Of a DNA stretch of 64,000 nucleotides, positions 52,406-64,000 are shown piece after piece (position 1 is the stretch's first letter; each line of letters begins with the position of its first letter). Both the position numbers and the translations under genes were made by a program. The notes beneath the pieces were generated by a model that was not told the DNA's origin, searched no databases, and saw nothing but the letters and a program-made list of their open reading frames with translations. This stretch comes from Balanoglossus misakiensis. Its lineage: Eukaryota; Animalia; Hemichordata. The stretch is from the NCBI GenBank assembly GCA_040954595.2, contig CM082588.2, positions 5,840,202 to 5,904,201 on the forward strand, written 5' to 3'.

Positions 52406-54852
52406 TCCTCTAGGGAGTAGGCGCAATCACTCCTGGCGGTGAATTCACCGACGAGAGCCGTTCGCTCCCCGCCGTAATTGAGAGCAGTTAGCGACGGTAT
52501 GAACCCGCCGAGATAATACTCTCATTGGCGTTAACCGTTGATAAGTACACAGTCCCTCTATTACATTAGGTACGAGGAAAAGTAGCCAAAATCTTATAGG
52601 AAGGGGGGGGGGGTCCCTGTTAAACATTTCCCATGCTGTGAACTTGGAAAGCAGAAATGCTCAACGCCCACCACTCCACCCACAGTGAAAACAAACTTAT
52701 ACCTTGTACTTTTGAACTCAACAATACCCCTAGATTGTTGAATGACAGGCTTCGTAAAAGAATCGAATACTTTCAATCAGGCAAGCAAGTTTTGTGGAAT
52801 GCATTTAAGATTCCGATGGGGACATGAAAAGTATATGCTGTATAAACATCTTCATATATCTCAGTGTTGGCTATGAGTTATTGTTTGAACCACGGTCACT
52901 CCACACATTTGAACAAAAACCATGTCTTGCTTTAGCCGTATTTTTTTCTAACGTTGGGGCGTGTGTGTACCGTCTCTTCTAGCATGAGATGAAGACTGAA
53001 ATAATGAATAATGTAACTTCTTATAAAACGACGTGTATGGTACTTTTGTCAAATTTTCCTATATGATATTGTAATACGGATATGACATGGCCTTACAAGT
53101 AGACAATTAGTTAAGTGGTGCCTTTGCGTCGTGTAATTCAATTGCCCACTTGAAGAGAATTTAGGCGAGACGAAACAACGACGGGTAAGACTGCACAGAA
53201 CTTGAATTGTAATTACCAAAAGAAAAAAGAAGAGCGTTTTTCGAATTCAGTGGATTTCGATTGAAGCGATAAAGGGGCGAAAAAAATGAGATTATACACT
53301 CGCTCTTTTTAAAAGCCAAGAAGTTCGCATGTCTCGTGTTTCTAACATCTGCTTCTAGAAGATGCGTGTTTCTGTGGGCTGCAGGTGTTTCACGAAAACC
53401 GAGCTGAATGCTCCCTTTCTTCGCGGCGAAAAAGCCCGCCAGACGAGTACCGTGCATTTTAAAAGAAACCCACCTAACTCGCTTAACTTTGTAATTAATG
53501 TAAGATTGCTCGGTGATTTTTTTCTGTCGTTTCCTTTCTCGGTTCATTCCGCATTTAATTTTTCCTTCATTGTATAGGTACCAAAGGGAGACCAGATCTA
53601 TTGAACGTAACAGATTATCTTTATACCATCAAATTTACACTTTAACGTCATTACTTTTTATTATGACCCTGGTCTGACCTCTAAATCTATCGGTAGAATC
53701 GAAGCGATCGGCACGGCAGCGCGCCGAGACGATTCCTCGATGACAGACGCGCCGGCCCTGTCTATACCTGTCTCTTTTTTCAAAAGGCCGGGGTTCATAC
53801 CAACAGGGGCAAGCTGTTAATGCGGGGTGGAGTAGTGTCATGTCTACGGTGGGTAGTGTCGTGCCATTGGGGGATATCAGGTTTCAACACCTGACCTATG
53901 CACTCACCTGTGAGTGACGTCACTGGAATGTAGAAACTGGCTGAGGTTTTCCGCGAAGTTGGAGAAGAAAACACACTCAGCAGGCCACAGACTTCAAGTT
54001 TCTTATGTTCGTCCGCCTCGGTCGTCTCATTGCACCCATACAAGAACCTTAGTGTCGAACTTCCACTCCGAGAAAGAGCGAGACAGCCAGGCATAAAAAC
54101 AACAGACGCTGACCGCAAAACAGGGGCTGCTTGAATCCAAAATGTCCGATCACCGCCGACGATTTTCCGAAACGGTCGCAAGAAGACAAATAACGTGCCC
54201 GACAACATTTTCACTCTTTCTTCCGACCAAAACCAACTTCAAAACGTGGTTTTTTTTTAAATTACCGGAGAAAATGTTCGCCTAGCGACAAGGTCCGGGT
54301 AAATTCAACCCTCGACGGGACAACGCGCTCGCCACAAGCCGCCCGCTTCGCGTTCTTCGAAGACTACGGCGAACGGGGCGTGTGGGAGCCGACACCACGC
54401 TATGAAAGTTACATGTCCAGGCCATTCCATATTTCATGTCTTTGTGATGTTGATTTCAATAAATCTGAATTTGATTTCCATGAAATTCACATTTGCTGAA
54501 TAATAACAGAAAAAATGGTAATGGCGCGGCAAACTTTAGACGTATTATTTATCCACCCTGAATAGCCGAGTCATAGGATGAATAAAAGAAAACTTCGATG
54601 TCAGGGACAAAGTTTTTGTTACTTTTCACGTTCTGTAACCTCTTGCTTGTTGGATATCCATCATAAACGACTGTTTTCTTGTAGTTTTACATTTCGCGTT
54701 CAATGTTTGATGTGTCTAAAGTGGTTTGAACAACACCGGTAGCAGACAAAATTGGTACATGTATGCCACTCCATCGTGAATCAAAGGTGGTTTTGACAAT
54801 CGATGGGGAAATTGAGGTTTGTGTTCGTTTCCAGTTAGCCAGACGTGACAGA

Positions 54853-54856
<4 letters not shown>

Positions 54857-54912
<56 letters not shown>
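54857..54912. repeat. (GA)n microsatellite
   Basis: Directly visible. Confidence 0.97.
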
Positions 54913-54914
<2 letters not shown>

Positions 54915-55684
54915 ATATTAAACTGAAGAGTTATACACAATATGTTCAGAAGTGTGAAACAAGTCGCCCTGAAGGCGGCGGCTTCAAAATTTAATCTACA
55001 GCATCTTTCTCCGTAAATCAATAAACAAATGGAAATTCAAATTATCTTTTCGTCTCTGACAAAAAAAGAACTCATATAGAATAGCAAAATCCAAATAGCC
55101 GTACATACATACATCAAATTAGCATTTTCCTCAAGTTTACGATTATTTCCTTTGTTTGCTATTTCCGATCATGTAAGCTTACATTTATGTTTAAAATACA
55201 GCTCTCTATCCACTTCCCCGATGTCAATCTTTCTGTTCTATCGTTAATTCAGGTGGCGCGTGAGCTTACTCGCTGGAATTTTGTCTCCTCGTCGATTTGC
55301 GAAATTTGACACCGGGTGTCTGTAGCGCGGACGCGCACCCCGAGGGGATAGCTGCTACTTCATCCTATATTCTATGCGATCAGGTCGATATCTCGACGGA
55401 TACGACAAGGGCTAATAATAGTAATAAGCCAACTGTGTCTCGGCTTACCGGGCAGGGGTTTTTATTTTTTCCCCGTTCGATTTCTGGAGGTAAAAAAAAT
55501 GGAAACAACGTAATGAACAACGGCAATGAATTTCAAGCAAAGCAACAACGGATTGTTTAACAGGAGACGATTGTGTTAACAGTGGAGTGCGCAGAGTCAA
55601 AGCGGATTAACTTTGGAAACGGCCATCTTAATAAAACTGGGAGTAGGGAAATAAAAAACGCATATTGTTAGCTTTCCCAATAGA

Positions 55685-57790
55685 TCCTGTCGATGAGGTG
55701 CGACTCTGCGCACAAAATAAGGAAGTGGTCCATGGGTGTTCAAAGCAACGGTTTATTTCTCATTGGTGCTAAAAGCCAGTAAAAATGTTCCGAATGCAAG
55801 TGAAAATCGTAAATGCCGTCAATAAGCGCTACCGTTTGACGTTTGAGATTCTGTTTGAGTGTTTTTTTTCTTAGAGAGCGTTAAGCATGCCAACATGTCA
55901 CGCTGGAGAATGCGAAAACAGCGGAGTGGTTCAGTCGCGCATGGTGTAAAAATGAGCCCCTACGCGATCATTTTGATTCTATATCTGTAAACATGGCTTT
56001 TGAAAAATTTGTGTTTTCAATTTTGAGAATGTCTAATGCGAGATTGGCACAGATTTTAAGATTTGATCGCAAATATGACGACCGACATGAGCAGGCGACT
56101 TGCTTTGCTCCACTGTAAGGGTCACGTATAAAACCCACCCCTTCTTGATAGAACATTCCGGTTTAGTCTTTTATATTCTGATATAATGCAAAAGACACGA
56201 TGAAGGGGCTATCCATCTGGTTATACATCTATCGCCCAGATTAAAATTGTATAAACGTATTAGACTTGTAGTGTGCGCCCTAACGCTGCGATGGCCACAC
56301 ATAATGGCGCCCTATCAGCGCGTACGCCTTTTCCCAATTCTGTGCCGTGGATTTGAATTCTGCTCCACGGATTTGAATTCAGCCAAGGCTGAACAGGCCC
56401 CCGCGCCAAAGATCCGCTAATTCACTCATGCAGAGGCGGTCGATTTATTCAGCGCCGAAGTAGATTTGCCACCGCGATTTCGAGCTAAACACTTTTAAGC
56501 GCAATAGAAGGACGATCAGAAATTCTCCCTATTACAGAGGAGAAATCTGTTTGTATTCACTGATAGAAAAGCGGGGCTGGATTTGCCTCGCCGGATAAAC
56601 TCGCTGTATAATCATCGGTAAATGGAACTCCCGGAATCGGTTATGATTTCCCCCCGATAACGTGATTAAGCGCTCAGAGTCGCGTTGTTTTTTTTCTCCC
56701 TCCTGTAATCACCTCTAAGACTCTGCCACAAATAATTCGAAGTTGGCCAGCGACAAGATCCGCGGGCGCGAAATTGTACCACTGATGAGCAGCCTATCTT
56801 ATCTCTGGGAGGACATTTAAATTGGGATTGACTTGAAAATGTGCTTTGTCTGGAGTACCCCCTTTGTGTCGATTTCCATTTATCTCGTTGAGGCAGAAAC
56901 GGGCAACGTATGCCGCGGCCCGGGCATTGATTGATTTCACTCCGGAATGAGAAAACAATATCGCTTCTGCTTTATGAAATTGATTCTTAAGTCAATATCG
57001 TTATGCGATATCAGTTCGGGGGGACCTCATGAAATGACATGCAATTTCACCTCTGAGATTGCCACGGTGTAATTCTGATGATTTCTTTCCGGCGATTTTG
57101 TGGAGAGCTGAGTTGACTGTTCCGTTCAGAGAAAGTTATAATCTGAGGCGTACCTCATGTGCTTACACCACAAAATACAAACAAATTAAACAAAACAAAT
57201 AATAACAAAAAAACACACAATAAAAACAAACATCAGCTAGCCTCAACACGGAATATTACCACGTATTGAAAGAAAAGAGCGTGCGTCTCAATAAAACCCT
57301 TCGCAGAAAATTCCAAACTTCGTTTTTTTGTTTATCTGTGCACCCCTTTACTTTTGGAAATCACCTCTTTTAGAATCGACGTGAATTGATGTATCACGCG
57401 TGTATCGCGATGATAATACTCCAATACGAGGTACACTTGCTGCGATTCAAGAAGGGGGCGCGTGCTTCCACCTCCCCCCTCCTCTTATGCCCACCGAAAA
57501 ATAAGAAGAAAGAAACGAACATCAGCACCCATCGCCGCGTCTCTCCGCGACGGAAGCCGTCAAAGAGCTCCGTGTAGAAATTGATTTCGGTGTAGAACAA
57601 GTCGAGAGAATCCCCCTGAAACTAACACGAGTAATTGAAAAAATAGTCGATAAGGACCTGGACAAATTAAATCTTGGTATCGGCGGTGAGTCTGGTGACG
57701 TCACGCCGAACTGATTTACTCTGTGTACGGTTGAGACCATTTGGGAGATATATCTTCATTTGCTGAGATAGGCCACTCTATGAATTTCCC
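55685..57790. promoter_or_regulatory. Most complete unit of the paralogous non-coding array (contains all sub-blocks)
   Basis: Blocks match 44750-45060, 35830-36250, 48827-48890, 38650-39190 and 61606-61627. Confidence 0.5.
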
Positions 57791-60700
57791 TACTTTTAAG
57801 TAGTTCCCGTGAAATCGGCGAATTTTTGTACTTTTAATGATGCGATCTATATCAGTGCGCCCATTTCATGGTCTATTTCATCCGGGTCCTCTCTGGTAAC
57901 AGATAAGTGTATTCCTGCTAAATGGGACACGAAAATAAAACGTTGCCGCCAAGTCAACTGCAAGGGCAGATAAACAAAGTTAACGTTTACACAGAGTCGC
58001 CGGTATTTTCCCGCTTTCTTCTAATCCGTCGCTCGCTTGCTGAGGTTCGGGTGCGCCCGATATCATCGGAGCGCGTCTGTGAAAGGAGAGAGCGCTGTTG
58101 AGACGGCGAGCCAATTGGCCTCTTAATCAATTAGATTAATTTACGTAATTGTGTTGACCGAGAAGTTGACCCCAGACGGGATTGTGGTAAAACTAATAAA
58201 GGTTCGGAAAATTGATGAAATATATTGGAATTGGCAAGATTAATTCTTCCGAACCCCCCCCCCCCCGGTGTCTGTTCACGAGGACGGAATCGCGGAAAGG
58301 GAAGCCTTAAAAAAATCCCTTTCCTAAAATTCGCCCTACACGTTGAGAAATACTATCATTTCTACAGGTCTATAAAATCCACAAACGGGGAGGCACGCAC
58401 CAGTTGATACCATTGTTAGACACGTAGACACACACAGACTTCAAATATTTATTTCCGCTGTGTAAATATAGGTGAACTACATCTTGAGGGCAAATTTTCT
58501 GGATGTTTGACCCACCCACCCCAAACATCCAACAACCGTTTCCACTCATTTGTTTGCATAAGTTGCATGCAGTTGTGTTCGCCACGACCTGTTTGGACTT
58601 GTTACATTGAAGTCGCCTCTGCGGCAAAAAAAATCAGATCCCTTATTTTCCACATAGAATTTCAAAGTTTGGTAAAGACAAATTCCAAAGTCCAACAAGT
58701 TCATGTAAAAGAGAAGTTGGCGAAAAGTTACAAACTGACCGGCTATTGACCTCCTCCCCTCCGGCCCCTAGTTACATGGCGTAACACCCGTTTTCGGGTG
58801 TGGTATCGACTACCACCATTTTTGTATTGTTTTGAGAAGTTTAATTAACGCGTTTCAATGCCTAATTAGCAGTATACAGCTCTATGCAGGAGTGCAGTCA
58901 AACTTAATGAACTGTGAATCAATGCGCCAATTGGTTTCAACTGAAGCGCGTGGATTAAGGCGCAGCTCACTAATAAACAACAAAAGCCCAGAAAATTTCA
59001 CGCGAATGTGTTAAAGGGACATATGCGGGGGTCATTTTGTTTCGCTTTATAATTTATTCATGTTGCACTTCTTGTCTAAATTCGAAGACAGGGCTGACTT
59101 CACTGACTAATCAACCCACACTCATGGCGTGCAATGGCAGGTTATGTGCAAATTGTTCTATGACATTATGTCCGGTATTGACCAAGCATTATTATCATGA
59201 AGAGTAGTATTACAATTTGTGCTTTAAAACACAATAAGTGAGTACAGTTCTGTCATCGCAAAACCAATTCCAGATTGTGTTCATGCGCAGACCAACAACA
59301 CTATAACTTAGCACGCAAAATGTACAAGAATAATGGAAAAGATGGCGATTCTGTATTATCAAAGTTTCATTATGGCACCGTCCCGAATTGTTTGTTTTTC
59401 TACAGCAATTTCTTGTGGAATTCCTGGGGCATTTGAGACCAGTATTTAACTGACCAACACACGTACAGGTGTCGAGTAAGCATTGAAAATCAAATTCAAT
59501 TCCGCCGGACTTCTGAAATAAGCAGTCAGTCAGTCAGTCAATCAATCAACATACGACAATATAAGAGTACGTACAGCATACGCATATCAAATGAACACCA
59601 ATTCATACGATGTGTCGACTTTTCTCATGTTCTGTCTACGCGTGACGTAAAAAATAAAGAAACAACCCTGATGTTTACGAAAACATCCCAAAGTGGTCCC
59701 AATCACTGTCATTGTTAAATTAATGAAAGTAAATTGCCTTTGTTTATCGCGGCTCCCACGGAACATATAGACGAGGCACAAATAAACATCTGTGAAAAAC
59801 GCATGACACAAACATTCGACGATTCAACGACAATACTATAATGACGACCAAATTTGCATATATTATGATCAGAGGTACTTGCCAATTTCACCTCAGCTGG
59901 TATGATGAACTAATTTAATTGACTTGTATAATTAGTCAACAAAGTCAATAGAAAAAAATGTATCAGTCGTTCTAGTTCAATTTTCTCGTCAAAGATATCC
60001 CATTCATCACACGAGATATCATCGGACAGCTAGCGGGGCATTTTTATCAAAGAGAGTGCAGGAACGTTTCTCACTCACGGTGATGCTGTGCTTACAAAAT
60101 ACGATTACAGAAAGTACTTGACATTTTTCCAAGTTTGTGACACACGTCGCGGTTAAGAAGAGCCTCGTTGTACACCGGCCGCTAACGAAACATTCCTTGT
60201 CCCAATGTACACACAACTTGTAATACCCGGACTTAGCACCATAAAGGATTCTTGACTCAAGCACAGAAAATCGCCCGATTATTTTCGTTCCAGAGTGGCC
60301 ATCGCGCTCATTACGAATGCAAATTAGTTTTCGCACAATGAAGCAGAGAAGCACACGCAAGTAGGTGGGGTACTAAGTGGCTCAAAACAGATGCCAAACT
60401 AGAGTACGCAGCATTTTGTGTACCTCACAGCGTATAATCGGCCAAAGAACCCCCCCCCCCCCCAACACACACACCCTATAATTTATAATGGCTATAATTT
60501 CTGACCAGAAGCGATATAACGACCCATCCTTTTCCTTGTAAGATGCAAAATAAACCCACTGGTTGCGATAGTGCATTTAATATGTACGGGACATGCAAGT
60601 GTTACTTGACAATGTAATTTAATTTAATTTAGTTGTACTATCTATGAGTAACTCACTCGGTTGTAATATCCACTTTGGGTCTAATTGCAACCGCTCTGGT

Positions 60701-63700
60701 ACGTCCCAATACTCCAGTTATTATTAATAGTAATTATCACATGTACTAATTAAACATCCAGTCTTCTGTGACGATAAAAACAAAAACTAAAGCATTAGAA
60801 ATTGGCCCACCTCAACCACGTGGAATCCAAACCCCACCATTTCATTCAAGTGGCCAGTAACTGAATCAAAAGATTGTCGTGATGCAGGATTCAATATGGC
60901 CACCGAGAGCCACATGCTGACGTAACCGAAAGGGGGGGGGGGGGGTAGACCGTGCCTGTAATAAAAGACGCCCTTGGACACACAGACCTATACGTGTACA
61001 TTATTTTCAAGTTTGCGCGAAATGAGAGGTGTAGGGAATCAGGGTTTTCATCGAGTGACCGAATACAATACCATAATTAACCTTGGATGAAATTTTATTA
61101 TGACAACATTCCCGAACTTCAAAATACACAAAATGCACCATAATAATATCACTCCAGAAAATTCAACCATGAAGTCACATGTATCGCGGCTGCCACTACC
61201 ATCTATGCATCTATAGACTAGCGTCTATGTTAGCATCAGTGTTTCTAATCGCAAGTGGTGTTACACTTACAAATGCATCTGAATGCTGTACGACAAACAT
61301 TGTCACTTTTCAGTTCCTGATAAATCGTTTCCTGTGATATCTTTCTCTCCCTTCCCACTTTGTGTGTGTGAAAGAGGCTGAGTGGCCAGCCTCATATTTT
61401 CGCGTTGGTGCTAATTTTATGGCACCGGTATCACCGGCTCGCAAACGAACAGCGTTGGGGCACCGGTTACTTGTCGCCTGTACGTGTTTTGTCGTCCTAT
61501 CTCGTCCGTGCTTCGAGTCGAAACATTTTTTTTCGTTTCAGACAAACACTCACAAACAAAACAGCATGTGTGAAACGCGAGAAGTCTGGCGGATAACACG
61601 TAACAGCTAAATTCACTCCTGCAAGGGAAGTGACAACGGGCGCGGACAAAAGGCCGCATTCCGGGGCGAAAGTGGCATCCCCAATACAATTTTGTATTAC
61701 CGGAGACGAGTCATTGTCCGGTCCCCATTGTCATGCATATTAGCCAGAGCTCGGCCCAACACCTGATGCCACTGCGCGCATTAGCGACAACCCCTCTTTC
61801 TTCCACCTCCCCTACCAGTGGATGGACAGAAACAAAAAAATGTGGGCACTTCACACCAAAGGCGTGAAAACAGGTGGACAGCTCGGTGCAAACGAGTTTT
61901 ACGCGCGGACTACTGAGCGCGTTTCAGGCGTCAGTATCCCACGCGAAGTCGCGCTATCGGTCGACTCATCTCAAGTTCACAAGCCAATATTATTTTAACG
62001 TTCACCTCTCTGTGTGCGTTACTGCTACTCAGAATTGAAGACTGGCGTCGTTTGCTTCATATGTCACCGTGATGAGGCCAATTAAGATACACAGATAGTT
62101 CGAACATCGCCGACTTCCCTTCCCAATAGAATATTTATTGGGAGATTTCGCGGGATATTGGAATAAATTGCAGACGAGTTCGTCAAATGGGCGTTGAATT
62201 GTTTTTAATCGTGGAAGCGGAAATTCAGACATGGAAATGACAATGTCGATGAAACGTTTGAACTAATAAAGACTTGCTTCGGTGAGCTTTGTGCCGAGTA
62301 GAAATTAACCTTCCAATTTTATTCTAACGTTCATCCGCTCGTCATTTTTGGCAAAATGAAATGTCAAAAGCCGTGAATTTCACATTAAAGGTTAACGAAA
62401 AATGATAAAATCTGGATTGAAAACGGCTAAATTAAAAACAATACGCTCAGAGAAATTACGGTTACAGCACAATTCCCAGAATATAAGTCTCATTTCAGCC
62501 ACTTGGAGGCGCTGCACACTATTTGCTTCCAGGATTTCTCAGCGAGCACTCTTATACCCGACTGAAACAGGTCCACATTTGCAGGCAGAATCACCGATGG
62601 AACCTGAAAGAACGAAGAAATTTCATGATTTCTTGGCGTGAATTTTCACTTGAAAAATAATGTTTCTTTTTTGTCATCCAACTTGTAGCTGACACAGACC
62701 ACATTTTCTTCATTTATCTCAATCGCCTTTCAACTGAGTTCGGTGAGTCTGAGTCGGACTTGAAGAAGAGCAGTGGGGGACTATCGTAACAGTGCAGTCA
62801 GAAAGCTGTCATCATTTTTTGTTCTGGCTGCTGAATGCGCGATAAACGACGGGAGAATTCTAGACTCGAGCAGATTCTCTGCGCAGAGACGTGGTTCAAT
62901 CCGCTATCCTGTGCCCGGCCCTCTCTCATCGTGTGGCGGAATCCACAACATACCCCAGTACATGTACTTGCAGTATCTTTCCATATAACTTTGACGACCC
63001 ATTTTACAATAAAATAAAAGAGCCCTGATGACTTATTTTATGCAACGGCGCTTACCATAAGCCGCGGGTCTGCGGATTGTTTTACAAGACACATAATTAT
63101 TGTTTATTTCAGTTGAAAACGGTTTGGACAGTATATTGATGTTGAATGTGCAGTTGTACATGGGAAATAAGGGAATAACACAAGCGCACGTGCTCAGTAA
63201 AAACAATGCACCTTAGATTACATTGGACAAACCCCGCATGTGATAAAAATGGCTGTAACGTAACAAAGACACGGTAGTCCCGAAGAGTATTTTTGCTAAG
63301 AATAGCAGTTTGCATTTTTAAACGGGCAAAGATGACTACGTAACATTTTGACAACAAACGGTAAAGTCGTAGCGTAACGACACGCCAATAGTGATACAAC
63401 TTGTATCGTTCACAATGTGAAATTTATGGATGTTGAGGCTGCATTTGGATATGCTATGAAAAAATATACCAAAAGAATTAACTTCCGGGATTTTCATTAT
63501 TTTTTGGCTAAAGATACGGACGACCTTGGCGATATTCTAAACACAAATGGACAATTTAAAGAATTGGTCGGATGCGGGTTACACGCGACCCTCTGGCAAT
63601 AACGCCTGTTTTTCTTCGTGCGTATTTCAGTGTAAAATCGCGCCATCCTTTGAATGAATTCTTAGTCCACAATGATGTCCACCATCTTCTTTTACGGTTT

Positions 63701-64000
63701 GCGTCTCGAGTAGACCCTTTTAGTGTCTACTTCTTTTAGGCTGTGAAGATTTGCATTCAAAAAAGTTCACAAGACAAGAAGCTTGCTGCCCCAACCCAAG
63801 CCCACCTCCCTAAGAGCTTAATTAACCGAATATTTCGAAATCCCAGAAACTGGACTTTGGAAAAAGATGCCTCTCTTTAATCAATGATATTTAGCATGTT
63901 CACCAAACACCATGTTCATCATGTTAGCTAAAGCTGTACGTGCTCCCTTTGTACTTAGAACAGCACATTTCCTTTTTTAAATCTCGGCATATGATCGTTT

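Noticed and set aside
53924-53945. TGGAATGTA resembling miR-1
   Set aside because: Match ends after 9 nt and there is no hairpin; no other conserved animal miRNA was recognised by eye in the window
62880-62920. B-box-like GGTTCAATCC suggesting a tRNA or SINE
   Set aside because: No A box or cloverleaf found

Overview
Intron-rich animal genomic DNA, probably a marine invertebrate (species cannot be determined from the sequence). (1) 80-4339 (+): the last 10 coding exons of a TRPA-family cation channel. (2) ~5.6-13.1 kb: an accessory zone with nested inverted repeats, a ~1.4-kb 42-46-bp satellite, two long near-perfect palindromes, a ~200-bp tandem repeat, MITE-like relics and chains of exon-like islands with no intact ORF. 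(3) 14534-29221 (-): a complete DNA polymerase theta (POLQ) gene. I assembled 24 coding exons by hand (9120 nt, 3039 aa, all splice phases consistent). It has a GC-AG intron, a ~470-aa N-terminal extension, uORFs and a CHR/ETS/YY1-type promoter near 29.9-30.2 kb. (4) ~30.5-64 kb: no credible protein-coding gene, but not random sequence. It holds a cryptic array of diverged, same-orientation paralogous non-coding modules recurring every ~3.5-5 kb (about 6-7 units). The modules are rich in homeodomain/Fox/Meis/GATA/ETS-like motifs, and CTCF-like sites are interspersed. This array (a candidate enhancer or alternative-promoter battery) is the most unusual signal in the window. All alignments and counts were done by eye and need computational confirmation.
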